Below are positions 49,427 through 59,333 of a stretch of 64,000 nt of DNA, piece by piece (position 1 is the stretch's first letter; every line of letters starts with the position of its first letter). The position numbers and the translations under genes were made by a program. The DNA comes from a bacterium (GTDB lineage: Bacteria > Patescibacteriota > Andersenbacteria > UBA10190), in assembly GCA_002686445.1 (NCBI GenBank), contig NZCO01000007.1:5483-69482 (forward strand), given 5' to 3'. The notes below the pieces were generated by a model, which saw only the letters and a program-made list of their open reading frames with translations, was not told the origin of the DNA and searched no databases.

Positions 49427-51520
49427 TTACTGATAGTGTTGTTTTTTGCCCTAATTACGGTCGCTATGAGCGCTCCGGCGATAGGCAATATGACCTCGCA
49501 TATTATCGGTCAGGGCGGTGACCCTTGGCAGACCTTATGGCGCTTTGAGCACAAGTATGAAGCCTTAGTCACGGCGCTCGACAGCGGCGGTATTGGTGAA
49601 TTCACAGCCTCTGAATTTTTTGGTCGGGGAGGAGAGCGACTCGTTAACCTATCCGTATGGCCGTGGATGCCAGTGTACGCATTATTCGGACAGCCTCAGG
49701 CGTACAACTTAGTGTGGCTACTCTCGTTCGCCCTCAGCGGTTACGCTATGTATCTGCTCGCTCGATGGTGTATACGTGAATACGCCGTGCCAAGTGAGTC
49801 GATAGCGATCGAGACAGGGGCGATACTAGCAGGGCTGACCTATCAGCTGCTCCCCTTTCACGTGGCACACAGCTACGGACACTTTGGCGCCATGCAGTTG
49901 CAGTGGCTACCACTGTTGTTTTTGGTGCTCTTTTTGTGGCTGAAGCGGCCGACGACTTGGCGGACCATTGGTCTCGCTGCACTCATCACCGTTCAGACTT
50001 GGACAGAGCATCACTATGCACTGTGGTTCGCCATCGCGACTGCGATAATATTCTGGCTGCAGCGTGCGCAGATCAAGCGGCTGCGACATGTTGTGGCCAC
50101 GCGCAAACAATTTCTGTTGCTGGTAGTACTACTCATATTCATTACGCTGCCCTCCATCACGCCCACCGTGCAGTTGGCGACTAGCGACACGACACTTACT
50201 TTAGGGGCCGAGCAGACAGTGCGCTTCTCGGCGGATGCGTTTGCCTACCTGGTGCCAGCGTCATTTCACTCACTCTGGGGTGGTTTCTTCAACACATTTT
50301 TTACCCATCGCTTCACCGGCAACGTAACGGAATCAACAGCCTACCTAGGGATCATCCCGCTGCTGTTGATAATCTTCTTTCACCACAAAGTGCCCGGGTC
50401 ACAACTGAAGCTGTGGCTAACACTAGGTGTTACGTTCTGGCTGCTTAGTTTGGGTCCCCGCCTACACTTGCTCGGACTCGTTACACCGCTGCCGTTGCCA
50501 TACGCGATAATCGACGGCTGGCCCATCTTCTCTGCGATTCGAGCAGTTGGTCGAGCTGGTATAGTCGTCGGTATGAGTCTCGCAGTACTGCTTGGCTGGG
50601 TTGTGGCTACGCAGGTCAAACGACAGAAGTTTGCTTACCTACTTGGTGTCTTATTGCTCGTTGAGTTCTTATTTCTGCCCATGCCACTCATTCCGGCAGT
50701 GCTCTCACCAGCGTACAGCGCCACGCGATCGCTCAGCGGCACCTCCGTTATCGAATTGCCAGCCGCCACCAACTACACCGCCGGCTCACGTGCACTGTAT
50801 GCCACGCTAACGCACGGCAAAGCTGTCGTCGGTAATATTGCCCTGGAGCGCGCCTTGAGTGGTACAGCGCTCACTGAAGCACAATCATTGCCCTCCTTAC
50901 GTCAACTACTGCACTTGCGCACGACACACATTAGACAAGATCGCAACGATTTCTTTGAGCAAGATCCAGTCGAAACCCTGCCGGATACGTTACGTTGGTT
51001 AGATGCTGGTGGCATTTTGGTACACACCGACTCGTTGTCTGTATTACAGCTGGCTACCGTACGAGATTTTCTTGAGGACGACCTTGGCCTCACGCCAGTC
51101 ATGTACGATGATGCGTTGCTCTATGACACAGCGTCACTACTAGAGGGTGCGGTCACTGATGGCGTCTTCATGTCACGCGATGGTCGCTGGGAGAACGTCG
51201 GTTACGATGAGGAACGCGACAGTGTGTTTGCTGAACTAACTAGCGAGGCTAGTACGACACTGTATAACGTAACGACCAGACCACAGGCGGTGCGCCTCAC
51301 CTTCACCATCCCTGATGAGTCACAAGGCAACATGTTAGTTACCGCAGCTAACGGAGCTACAGTCGCCGACGTGGCCGCCACCGCTGGCGAAACCGTCACT
51401 GTTACCTATCAACTACTACCGGGAAGTACCGAATTAACGTGGCGCAACAAGCTGACGCAAAAGGTTATTTTACAGAACCCAGTCCTGTCGGTTTCGAGCA
51501 ATGAGGTCTCAGCGCGCTAA
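49406..51520 (+). CDS. GT-C/YfhO-like multi-pass membrane protein
   Basis: 'GGDP...LW', 'AYNL', 'GH', 'FSAD', 'E.TAYLG', 'R.VGR', 'HGK..VG'. Confidence 0.75.
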   Translation: MRQLYRQLLIVLFFALITVAMSAPAIGNMTSHIIGQGGDPWQTLWRFEHKYEALVTALDSGGIGEFTASEFFGRGGERLVNLSVWPWMPVYALFGQPQAYNLVWLLSFALSGYAMYLLARWCIREYAVPSESIAIETGAILAGLTYQLLPFHVAHSYGHFGAMQLQWLPLLFLVLFLWLKRPTTWRTIGLAALITVQTWTEHHYALWFAIATAIIFWLQRAQIKRLRHVVATRKQFLLLVVLLIFITLPSITPTVQLATSDTTLTLGAEQTVRFSADAFAYLVPASFHSLWGGFFNTFFTHRFTGNVTESTAYLGIIPLLLIIFFHHKVPGSQLKLWLTLGVTFWLLSLGPRLHLLGLVTPLPLPYAIIDGWPIFSAIRAVGRAGIVVGMSLAVLLGWVVATQVKRQKFAYLLGVLLLVEFLFLPMPLIPAVLSPAYSATRSLSGTSVIELPAATNYTAGSRALYATLTHGKAVVGNIALERALSGTALTEAQSLPSLRQLLHLRTTHIRQDRNDFFEQDPVETLPDTLRWLDAGGILVHTDSLSVLQLATVRDFLEDDLGLTPVMYDDALLYDTASLLEGAVTDGVFMSRDGRWENVGYDEERDSVFAELTSEASTTLYNVTTRPQAVRLTFTIPDESQGNMLVTAANGATVADVAATAGETVTVTYQLLPGSTELTWRNKLTQKVILQNPVLSVSSNEVSAR

Positions 51521-51529
51521 TTACGAACC

Positions 51530-52699
51530 ATGCGCATTCTGATATTTAATTTTGAGTATCCGCCACTTGGTGGGGGGGGAGGAGTAGCCACCAAGGACTT
51601 GGCGCAAGAGTTAGCCAAGGACAATGAGGTGCACGTGATTACCACGGCCCCCTCGAGGCAGCTAAAGGAGAGTCTGGGGGATGTGCCCATCGAAGAAGTC
51701 AGCGGCAACCTACATGTCCACCGCGTACCCGTGATTGGCCGTACCCAAGTGGCGGTCAGTAGCCTTATTTCGATGCTCACGTTCGTGCCAACGGCAGGGT
51801 GGTATGGCTGGCGTCTAACGACTCGCGTGCAGTTTGATGTCATAAACGCCCAGTTTGCGGTGCCATCAGGGCTGCCAGCTGCACTAGTAGCCCGCTTACG
51901 CAGTATTCCGTTTGTGCTCAGTTTTATTGGCGGTGACCTCTATGACCCAAGTAAGGGCGTCTCCCCACACCGACATCCAATTTTGCGTTGGCTTATTCGC
52001 CGCATAGCTGCGCAAGCGACCGTGGCTACCGCCATCTCGGAAGACACCAAACGACGCGCTAGAGAGTTGCATAGCGTTACTCTACCGATTGAAGTAACCC
52101 ACATTGGACTGGTGCCACGAAAGTTCGGGACAGCATCGCGCGCGCAGCTCAAGCTACCAGAAGCCGCGCAACTGGCGGTCACGGTCGGGCGACTGATTCC
52201 GCGTAAGGGGTACCGCGAGCTGCTCGCAGCCTGGGCAGACGTACCGGAAGCTCACCTGGCCATTATAGGTGACGGCCCACTGCGCGATGAGCTGACCAGC
52301 TTGGCCGAGAGCCTGGGTATAACAGATCGAGTGCGGTTACTGGGGTATCAGTCAGAGGAGATCAAAGCGCAGGTGCTACGCGCTGCCGACTACTACGTAT
52401 CAGCCGCTCAACACGAAGGTTTCGGTATTGTGTTCCTCGAGGCTATGGCGGCTGGCTTACCAATCGTAGCCACCAACAATGGTGGCCACACCGACTTCCT
52501 TACTACCCAACGCAACGCGCTATTAGTCCCACCGGGCAATAAAGAAGAGTTGGTGAAAGCGCTGGCTCGACTGACTGCCGATACCAATCTGCAGACGAGT
52601 ATGGCGGCTGCAAATAAGGAAGATGTACGTGAGTTCTACGTGGACAAGACTTCTGCCCGATTTATGAATGTACTACGCGGCGCCATTGAACGCGGCTAA
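51530..52699 (+). CDS. GT4 glycosyltransferase
   Basis: 'EYPPLGGGGG', 'GRLIPRKG', 'EGFGIVFLEAMAAG'. Confidence 0.92.
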   Translation: MRILIFNFEYPPLGGGGGVATKDLAQELAKDNEVHVITTAPSRQLKESLGDVPIEEVSGNLHVHRVPVIGRTQVAVSSLISMLTFVPTAGWYGWRLTTRVQFDVINAQFAVPSGLPAALVARLRSIPFVLSFIGGDLYDPSKGVSPHRHPILRWLIRRIAAQATVATAISEDTKRRARELHSVTLPIEVTHIGLVPRKFGTASRAQLKLPEAAQLAVTVGRLIPRKGYRELLAAWADVPEAHLAIIGDGPLRDELTSLAESLGITDRVRLLGYQSEEIKAQVLRAADYYVSAAQHEGFGIVFLEAMAAGLPIVATNNGGHTDFLTTQRNALLVPPGNKEELVKALARLTADTNLQTSMAAANKEDVREFYVDKTSARFMNVLRGAIERG

Positions 52700-52709
52700 T
52701 CCAAACGAT

Positions 52710-53771
52710 ATGCGTGTTGTAATCGAAGCTCGAGCCCTGGCACTACCTACTGGAGGTATCCGCAACTACGTGCGCGAGCTCGTGGCTGCACTTGAACGCT
52801 CAGCGCAGCAGGATGAGTTCGTGACCGTTGGTACAGATCGAAAACCGGGAATACTGCTGTCGTATTGGCTGAATGGTTCGCTACCCAAAGAAATCTCAGC
52901 TCTCAAACCCGATGTAGTGCATTTTACGAAGGCAGCGGTTCCAAAACACACGAGCTGGCCGACAGTGGTAACTATCTATGACGTTATCCCGCTGCTGTTC
53001 CCGCAGTCGCAGAAATTCGGCCGCGCTGGCTATTGGCACAAGGCACTGCGGCACGCAGCGTCGCGGAGCGATCACGTCATCACTATTTCCGAGGCCAGCA
53101 AACGAGATATTATTAGACATCTACAAGTCGACGCCGGCAAAGTCTCCGTGACTCCCTTGGCCGCTGATTCTACCCGCTTTAAGCCCCAAAGCGAGCCTGC
53201 GGCGAGTCCATACATACTGTTTGTCGGTACTCGCGAACCCCGCAAGAATATTTCTAGTCTACTGCGAGCATTTGCAACGATACAGGATGAAGTAACGCAT
53301 GATCTCATTATCGCTGGACGTGTCCACTCAAACCCCCGGGATGAGCAGAAATTAGCCACCGATCTCGGCATTGCTGATCGCGTTGAGTGGCGAACTGATG
53401 TTTCAGACGGAGAGTTGCCTTCGCTGTACGCCCAGGCCAGCCTGTTTGTCCTACCCTCGATCTATGAAGGGTGGGGCTTTCCCGCCCAAGAGGCGATGAC
53501 GTCGGGGACACCAGTGATTGTCAGTGATGGTGGGTCACTACCTGAGGTTGTTGGGGACGCAGGGATTGTCGTCAAGTTCAGCACTGCTGATCTCACCGAG
53601 CGCATGCGAGACGACTTGTTTGAACGAGAGCTTGGCTTACAAATGGTCCGTGTGCTGAGTGACGAGCAGCTGGCAAACGATCTGCGAATTAAGGGACTCG
53701 CGCAGGCAGCATCTTCTAGTTGGGACACCGTAGCGGCAGCAACAAAGCAGATATATAATTCGGTGCGGTAA
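52710..53771 (+). CDS. GT4 glycosyltransferase (mannosyltransferase-like)
   Basis: 'VG..EPRKN', 'PSIYEGWGFP..EAM'; start probably MRVVIEAR. Confidence 0.9.
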   Translation: MRVVIEARALALPTGGIRNYVRELVAALERSAQQDEFVTVGTDRKPGILLSYWLNGSLPKEISALKPDVVHFTKAAVPKHTSWPTVVTIYDVIPLLFPQSQKFGRAGYWHKALRHAASRSDHVITISEASKRDIIRHLQVDAGKVSVTPLAADSTRFKPQSEPAASPYILFVGTREPRKNISSLLRAFATIQDEVTHDLIIAGRVHSNPRDEQKLATDLGIADRVEWRTDVSDGELPSLYAQASLFVLPSIYEGWGFPAQEAMTSGTPVIVSDGGSLPEVVGDAGIVVKFSTADLTERMRDDLFERELGLQMVRVLSDEQLANDLRIKGLAQAASSSWDTVAAATKQIYNSVR

Positions 53772-53817
53772 TACATCGCGACGAAATTTGCCCAACTGAA
53801 CGTATAGTAATAACAGC

Positions 53818-54945
53818 ATGCTAAAAGTCGCCTACATCACCAATAGTGGACCGAAATCAGGAGTGGGTGTTCGAGCTCTAGAGATCTTGAAACAGCTGAG
53901 AGCACTCGACGATGTAGCAGTAACAGTATTCCATCTGGACGGTGAGCGTGGTGTCGCCTTCCGCGGCGGCGAGGAGATTTTCCGCGTCGGTTCAATGCCC
54001 GGAATACTTGGCTCAAAAACTATTAATTGGATTCGGCTCGGTCGTAGGTTGAGCCGTTTTGTAGACGATTTCGACGTAGTACATGCTACGAATCAAACCT
54101 TAAGCTTCATCTCGACTAGCAAACCGCTGGTCGTAACAGTGCACGACATCATTGAGTTGCTTGAGCCACAGAGTGGCCTGAGCGGCTGGGCTGCCCGCTA
54201 CTTATATTCCGGACTAGTTGGCGCCTCCCAACTGATCGCCGTGTCCCAATACACGGCCGATACAGTGACGCAGAAGCTAGGTGTACCAGTTGAGCGCATT
54301 GCTCTTTCCCCAAACGCGACTGGCACAGCGTTTGCGCCCATCCCCGAGTTTACAACGAGTTTGGGCTATCAAACGCTGCGTCAGGAATTACGACTCAAAC
54401 CGGACGATCAGGTGGTTCTGTACGTTGGGTCAGATCATCCCCGCAAGAACGTGGTGACAGCGCTGAGCACGTTTGCTGCCGTGCAGCATGACATACCAAA
54501 CACCGTGTTCGTAAAGGTTGGTCGGGCCGGATTGCTGGCGGGCCGGGAGGAAACACTGGCGGAAATTGATCGTCTTGGCATTCGCGATGCTGCGCGCGTG
54601 CTTGATGCCGTATCCACACAGCGACTCAATGAGCTCTACAATCTGGCAGACGTATTGCTCTACCCCTCCTTGTTCGAGGGTTTTGGATTACCCCCGCTGC
54701 AGGCAATGGCGGCAGGGACCGCCGTGGTGACCTCAAACGCAACGTCCCTGCCCGAAGTGGTCGGCGAGGCAGCGCGGGTCTGTGCACCAACGGACACGGA
54801 CTGTCTCACCAAAGCTGTCGCAGAAATATTGGGTAACCCCCAGTTGCGATCTGACATGGCGCAGGCGGGCATTAAGCAGGCCGGGGGGTTTAGCTGGGAA
54901 ACGTCAGCTAATATGGTACGCGCAGCATACGATCAAGTGCTATGA
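53818..54945 (+). CDS. GT4 glycosyltransferase (mannosyltransferase-like)
   Basis: 'TVHD', 'PRKN', 'PSLFEGFGLPPL.AMA.G'. Confidence 0.9.
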   Translation: MLKVAYITNSGPKSGVGVRALEILKQLRALDDVAVTVFHLDGERGVAFRGGEEIFRVGSMPGILGSKTINWIRLGRRLSRFVDDFDVVHATNQTLSFISTSKPLVVTVHDIIELLEPQSGLSGWAARYLYSGLVGASQLIAVSQYTADTVTQKLGVPVERIALSPNATGTAFAPIPEFTTSLGYQTLRQELRLKPDDQVVLYVGSDHPRKNVVTALSTFAAVQHDIPNTVFVKVGRAGLLAGREETLAEIDRLGIRDAARVLDAVSTQRLNELYNLADVLLYPSLFEGFGLPPLQAMAAGTAVVTSNATSLPEVVGEAARVCAPTDTDCLTKAVAEILGNPQLRSDMAQAGIKQAGGFSWETSANMVRAAYDQVL

Positions 54946-56204
54946 AACTTTTGTTCTTAAGTTCGTTATATCCGCCACATAGTAAGGGTGGCGGTGAAAT
55001 TTCAACTCACTTAGTAGCTCGCGGACTCGTACAGCGCGGACATAGTGTCACGGTGATCACGGGTGCCGCCGGTAGCGAGCGTGGTGCGCGAACTCGCGAG
55101 CTCGATGGTGTGCATATCAAGGAAGTGTCCCTGCCGCTGACGGCCAAGCCGCTCTTTGAACGCCAGCATGCGCGGCGTATCGCCACCAGCTTAGCTGAGT
55201 TCATACCCGGCCTGGCGAAGTTCGATGTGGTTCATGCCCACGACTTCCGATCCGCCCTGGTACTCCACGAGCTCGTTCGGGCCGGCATCGTACCGCGAGC
55301 GAGCGCGACTGTTACAGCCCGCGACTATGCGCAAATATGTGGCTCCCCCAACAACTTGATGGCGGATGGACAGTCGTGCACTGACTGTGCCCGTCTGTCA
55401 TGTATTGTCCGAAACCAGGCCGTGGTGGAAGCTTCCCTGCTGCGACGCCCTTTTCGTATCTGGCAGTACTGGTACAACATCGGCTATCGCCGCAAGGCAT
55501 TTCTGTCATTTGCCTCACAGATATTTATTTCTAATGCGCAGCAACAGGAAATAGCTGCGATTCAAGATCTGAGCGCGCAGACTACAGACGTTATATATAA
55601 TCCAGTTGCGCCAAACTATTTGAGTAAAAAAACGAACTCGGGATTCGGGCAGACCATTTTGTATACGGGTCGCGTTCAGCACTACAAGGGAGTGGGCCTG
55701 CTACTTGAGGCATTTCGCAAGCTACTGACAACGCACCCCGACATGCAATTGCGAATCGTGGGGGATGGCGACCAAAGGCAAGAGTATGAGGCGCTGGTAG
55801 CGCGGTGGGGGCTGCAGTATAAAATCAGGTTCACTAATCACGTAGCGTATGAACGATTAGTTGACCTGTATGACGAGGCCGCGATTGTGGTTGCTCCACA
55901 CGTGTGGGTGGAGCCCTTCGGACGCACTGTGGTCGAGGCAATGGCTCGAGCACGCATCGTCGTCGTAGCTGATACGGGCGGGCCTGCTGAAGTGGTGACA
56001 AACGGCCAGACCGGGTATACGTTTCGGGCAGGCGATAGTGCCGACCTAGCCCACACTATGGGCCACGCCCTCGCATCCGGCGAACTTCGTCGCCGGGCGC
56101 TGCAACGTCAAGCGCGCACCTGGGTGACTGACAACATTTCTATGGACATGATCGCCTCACGCTACGAGGATTTTTACCGCCGAGCCGTTATTGGGAGCCG
56201 ATGA
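54942..56204 (+). CDS. GT4 glycosyltransferase with Cys-rich insertion
   Basis: 'GGGE', 'KGV', 'EPFGRTVVEAMA'. Confidence 0.9.
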   Translation: MKLLFLSSLYPPHSKGGGEISTHLVARGLVQRGHSVTVITGAAGSERGARTRELDGVHIKEVSLPLTAKPLFERQHARRIATSLAEFIPGLAKFDVVHAHDFRSALVLHELVRAGIVPRASATVTARDYAQICGSPNNLMADGQSCTDCARLSCIVRNQAVVEASLLRRPFRIWQYWYNIGYRRKAFLSFASQIFISNAQQQEIAAIQDLSAQTTDVIYNPVAPNYLSKKTNSGFGQTILYTGRVQHYKGVGLLLEAFRKLLTTHPDMQLRIVGDGDQRQEYEALVARWGLQYKIRFTNHVAYERLVDLYDEAAIVVAPHVWVEPFGRTVVEAMARARIVVVADTGGPAEVVTNGQTGYTFRAGDSADLAHTMGHALASGELRRRALQRQARTWVTDNISMDMIASRYEDFYRRAVIGSR

Positions 56205-56213
56205 TATCCCCGG

Positions 56214-56390
56214 TCCGCCTCCGCCAGCAGGCGGGTGGCGGAGTCGCGGGAGTGGGAGGCTTTCGTAAATGTTGCGGCGGCGGCCGCCTCTCTGCCAACA
56301 AAACGACCCTGGTTCCATTCGCCTCGCAAATACCCCGTGGCAATATGCCTGCTGGCAGGCAGGGCCACGGGGTGGCGAATGGATCGTTTT
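56214..56390. repeat. Cluster of GC-rich nested palindromes (REP/IS200-IS605-end-like)
   Basis: TCCGCC.CCGCC-agca-GGCGG..GGCGGA, and a long interrupted stem at 56300-56390 containing ACCCCGTGGC/GCCACGGGGT and TGCCTGC/GCAGGCA. Confidence 0.65.
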
Positions 56391-57444
56391 ATAAGTACGT
56401 AAGCGCTGCCTGCTCTACTTGCACGGTCGTGAGACCAAGCAGCGACTCATGTGTAGTTTGACCCAGATCTTGCTGCAGCTCGGTCGTATAGACAGCGCTA
56501 CTACCCTCCGCTCGCAAGCTGACAGCCTCCTGACCTCTCGGGCCAGTTAACTGCTCATCAGTTGGCCCGAATAAACCAATTGTCGGCGTGCCGGTGGCTG
56601 CCGCTAAATGCATTAATCCTGAGTCATTCGCCACTACCGCAGCACACTGTTGCATAACGCCAGCGGTCGCCAACAACGACCCAGACACAGCTGATGCATG
56701 TCTGCCGATGCCTGCAACCAACCTATTTTTTAAATCACCTTCATCTGGTCCACCGAAAACCGCTACATGGGCGTTGTGTTTAGTCGTTAGGGTACGGCCC
56801 AGCTCAATAAACCGCTCGCGCGGCCAGCGCTTCCAGGCAAAATCGGGTGCTGAGCCAGCGTGGAGCCCTACCAAGCGACGGGAGGCGTCAATGCGCATGC
56901 CCGCAATCAGTTTTTCAGCCGCAGCCTTGTCTGCTGGCTCCAGTGGGGGAATCGAATACGGGCTATTGTGGTACGGCGAATCATCGATACCCAGCTCGCT
57001 CAGCAGCCGTAGGTTCTGCTCGATGTCATGCATGCCCTCTACTTCGGGAATCGCCCTTGTTAGCAAAAAAGAACTTTTGGGATTGCCTAGGTATGCATAG
57101 TGATGGCCAATGCGTTCATGTATGCCGGCCAAGAACATCTGGGCGGCGCCTTTCCACAACTGCCCGGGAGATAGCATGATGGCGAGATCAAAACGCCGCG
57201 AGATCAGGTTCCAAGTGTGTAGTCCCGTCAGCAGCACTGACCGTCGGATCGGGGCTTCAATAACCTTATCGACGTTCGGATCAGCTAAGGCGAGCGCCTT
57301 CGTGCCGCGCGGTGCCACCCACACTGTAATCTTCGCGCTGGGCCACTCCTCCTTGAGCGCCGCAATCGTCGGCGCCTGCATTAGGTAGTTACCAATGCCC
57401 GACAACGACAGAAATAGTATTTTTTGCGATTGGTCTGAATCCAT
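56389..57444 (-). CDS. GT9 (heptosyltransferase-like) glycosyltransferase
   Basis: 'SGIGN', 'KRWP..RF', 'NDSGLMHLAAA.GTPT.GLFGPT'. Confidence 0.9.
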   Translation of the reverse strand: MDSDQSQKILFLSLSGIGNYLMQAPTIAALKEEWPSAKITVWVAPRGTKALALADPNVDKVIEAPIRRSVLLTGLHTWNLISRRFDLAIMLSPGQLWKGAAQMFLAGIHERIGHHYAYLGNPKSSFLLTRAIPEVEGMHDIEQNLRLLSELGIDDSPYHNSPYSIPPLEPADKAAAEKLIAGMRIDASRRLVGLHAGSAPDFAWKRWPRERFIELGRTLTTKHNAHVAVFGGPDEGDLKNRLVAGIGRHASAVSGSLLATAGVMQQCAAVVANDSGLMHLAAATGTPTIGLFGPTDEQLTGPRGQEAVSLRAEGSSAVYTTELQQDLGQTTHESLLGLTTVQVEQAALTYL

Positions 57445-57482
57445 ACGAGATGTGCTCCTTAGCAGTATATCAGGAGTATCAC

Positions 57483-58646
57483 TTAACCTAGCAGCTCATC
57501 GTAGAGCGATGTGATCTTGTCGATGCTCCCTTCCCAGCTAAAGTTCTCGCGCACACGTCGCTGCCCGGCCTGACCGAAGCGCTCGCGCAAGGAGCGGTCC
57601 TGAAGCAGCGTGATTAATTTGTCTGCTAGCTCCTTATTTTCTTCGAACAACAAGCCTACTTCTTGGTCCGGTGCCACATAAGGTACGGCTGACACGTTGC
57701 GAGCCACCACGGGTGTGCCGGCCGCCAGGCTTTCAGCTAGCACGATCCCAAATGCTTCGTATTGTGTAGGATGCACAAGGAGCGCGGCGTGCTGATAAGC
57801 TCCGACTAAGGCCATGTCGCTTAGTCTTCCGGCAAAGTGGACATGAGCAGTGACGCCTAGTGTCTCCGCGGCTGCCTCTAAATCGGACTGTATGCCAAAG
57901 TCCTCACCAACTAATACGAACTGCGCATCGGGCACGGCCTTAAGCACTTCAGGTAAAGCTCTGAACACCGCCTTAAGGCCCTTTCCCAGACTCAAACGAC
58001 TAACGGACAGCATTACTGGTCCACGCCGGCTGATTTCCGCAAATGGATTGGGTTGAGCTGTTGTCAGCACGGCTTCGTCGACCCCGGGTGAAATGAGCTC
58101 AAATCGCTTAACCGGCAGACCAGAGCGCTCAATAAGCTCCTGCTCAAAGGGAGAAATCACAGCCACGACATCCGCGGCCGCGAAGGTGGCCCGGCCGATA
58201 GTATGTTTATACAGTTGCCACTGCCATTTACGGCGCAGCGCATTCTCATAGTAAATAGGATGGAAAATGAACGGGATGTCGTGCGATCGAGCGTAGCGCG
58301 CCGCAGCGTCCGCCGGTTGGTACCAAAAGCTGTGCCCGTGAACGACGTCGGGCTGATGGTGCCCGAGGTAATGGCTTAGGCCCTGCAGGCGTGGATATGA
58401 AATAAGTGGCGTGTCCTTGGCGCGCAGCCGCTGAACGTATGGTGGATCGTCCTGTAGGGCTTCCCGAGCGAGTTCTGAGATTGGTCGATGCGTGCGCATG
58501 GTGCTAGTCAGCACCCTAACATCTCGAAGAGACTGGTCCGTGGCATCAGGCGAGACACGACGGGTGCGCTGAGCTATCTCCTGAACATAACGCTCAACCC
58601 CGCCAGTGGCGGGCGGATAGCGTAAACACGTATGTACGATTCGCAT
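57483..58646 (-). CDS. GT4 glycosyltransferase
   Basis: 'YPPATGGVE', 'KG', 'EAFGIVLAESLAAGTPVV'. Confidence 0.9.
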   Translation of the reverse strand: MRIVHTCLRYPPATGGVERYVQEIAQRTRRVSPDATDQSLRDVRVLTSTMRTHRPISELAREALQDDPPYVQRLRAKDTPLISYPRLQGLSHYLGHHQPDVVHGHSFWYQPADAAARYARSHDIPFIFHPIYYENALRRKWQWQLYKHTIGRATFAAADVVAVISPFEQELIERSGLPVKRFELISPGVDEAVLTTAQPNPFAEISRRGPVMLSVSRLSLGKGLKAVFRALPEVLKAVPDAQFVLVGEDFGIQSDLEAAAETLGVTAHVHFAGRLSDMALVGAYQHAALLVHPTQYEAFGIVLAESLAAGTPVVARNVSAVPYVAPDQEVGLLFEENKELADKLITLLQDRSLRERFGQAGQRRVRENFSWEGSIDKITSLYDELLG

Positions 58647-58678
58647 GTTTTGATCCTAACGTATCGAAATGATAATGA

Positions 58679-58812
58679 CACCTCGGTCTGCTGCCCGAGC
58701 CGGTGCGCTGACACTCTCACCCAACTTCGCCCTGCGGGCTTCGCAGGGTTATCCGTTTGCTCGATCTTCGTCGCTCCAGTACCTGGAGCAGACTCATATC
58801 GGCAAACGAAAT
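58679..58812. repeat. Structured intergenic palindrome cluster
   Basis: CACCTCGG/CCGAG..GGTG; CCCTGCG/CGCAGGG; nested CGTTTGC..CGAT..GCTCCAG/CTGGAGC..ATCG.GCAAACG. Confidence 0.55.
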
Positions 58813-58845
58813 AAAAAAACGGCTCATTTTTTTGGTTGAGCCGTT
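58813..58845 (-). terminator. Intrinsic terminator / hairpin repeat copy 3
   Basis: Minus strand AACGGCTCA-accaaaaaaa-TGAGCCGTT followed by T run, immediately after stop 58849. Confidence 0.72.
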
Positions 58846-58848
58846 GTG

Positions 58849-59256
58849 CTACCGTGCGCTATAGCCAATCCACCAAGCCATGAATCCAAGTGCGCCGCCT
58901 ACGCCTGCGGACATTGGCCAGCTCCACCAAGCGAGTAAATCCCCATGATTGTGCTCGTACAGGAAGTGGACCGCGCCAAAAATGGCGCCGAAGCCTACAA
59001 TCGGAATCAATATCATGGCCAGGTTCCATACCATCGACTTGAGCAATGGCATCACCATGGGTGTAATACCTACGAGGAAGCCAGTGACCGTAGTTCCGAC
59101 CGTGCAGTAGAGAACGTAATCGGGTTGCAAGTAAAGCCCCAGTGCGATTCCTACGGGTATGCCAATTATTCCAAGTAGCAGTGGCGTAAGAAGAGGTCTT
59201 AGAGCTCTTCTTTTTGCCTTGCGAACCCTCTTCGGTTCCAGTGTGGCATCGCTCAT
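58849..59256 (-). CDS. Hypothetical membrane protein (about 4 TM, basic N-terminus)
   Basis: Hydrophobic ORF with AAGGGAG SD, own promoter and terminator. Confidence 0.72.
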   Translation of the reverse strand: MSDATLEPKRVRKAKRRALRPLLTPLLLGIIGIPVGIALGLYLQPDYVLYCTVGTTVTGFLVGITPMVMPLLKSMVWNLAMILIPIVGFGAIFGAVHFLYEHNHGDLLAWWSWPMSAGVGGALGFMAWWIGYSAR

Positions 59257-59305
59257 TTTTTGACTCCCTTCGAGGGGAACGAAATAGTTAAGGTACAGCC
59301 TGCAC

Positions 59306-59333
59306 AGTATGCGACCTTAGGCTTAATTGTCAA
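59306..59333 (-). promoter_or_regulatory. sigma70-type promoter
   Basis: Minus strand TTGACA (59333-59328), 16 nt, CATACT (59311-59306). Confidence 0.55.

Noticed and set aside
51568-51583. G8 run in GT4 as a phase-variation tract
   Set aside because: It encodes the conserved PPLGGGGG motif, is in frame and short; no evidence of slippage without reads.
56174-56461. ORFs 56201-56461 (+) and 56174-56368 (-)
   Set aside because: They run across the GC-rich palindromes and overlap real genes; no protein-like features.
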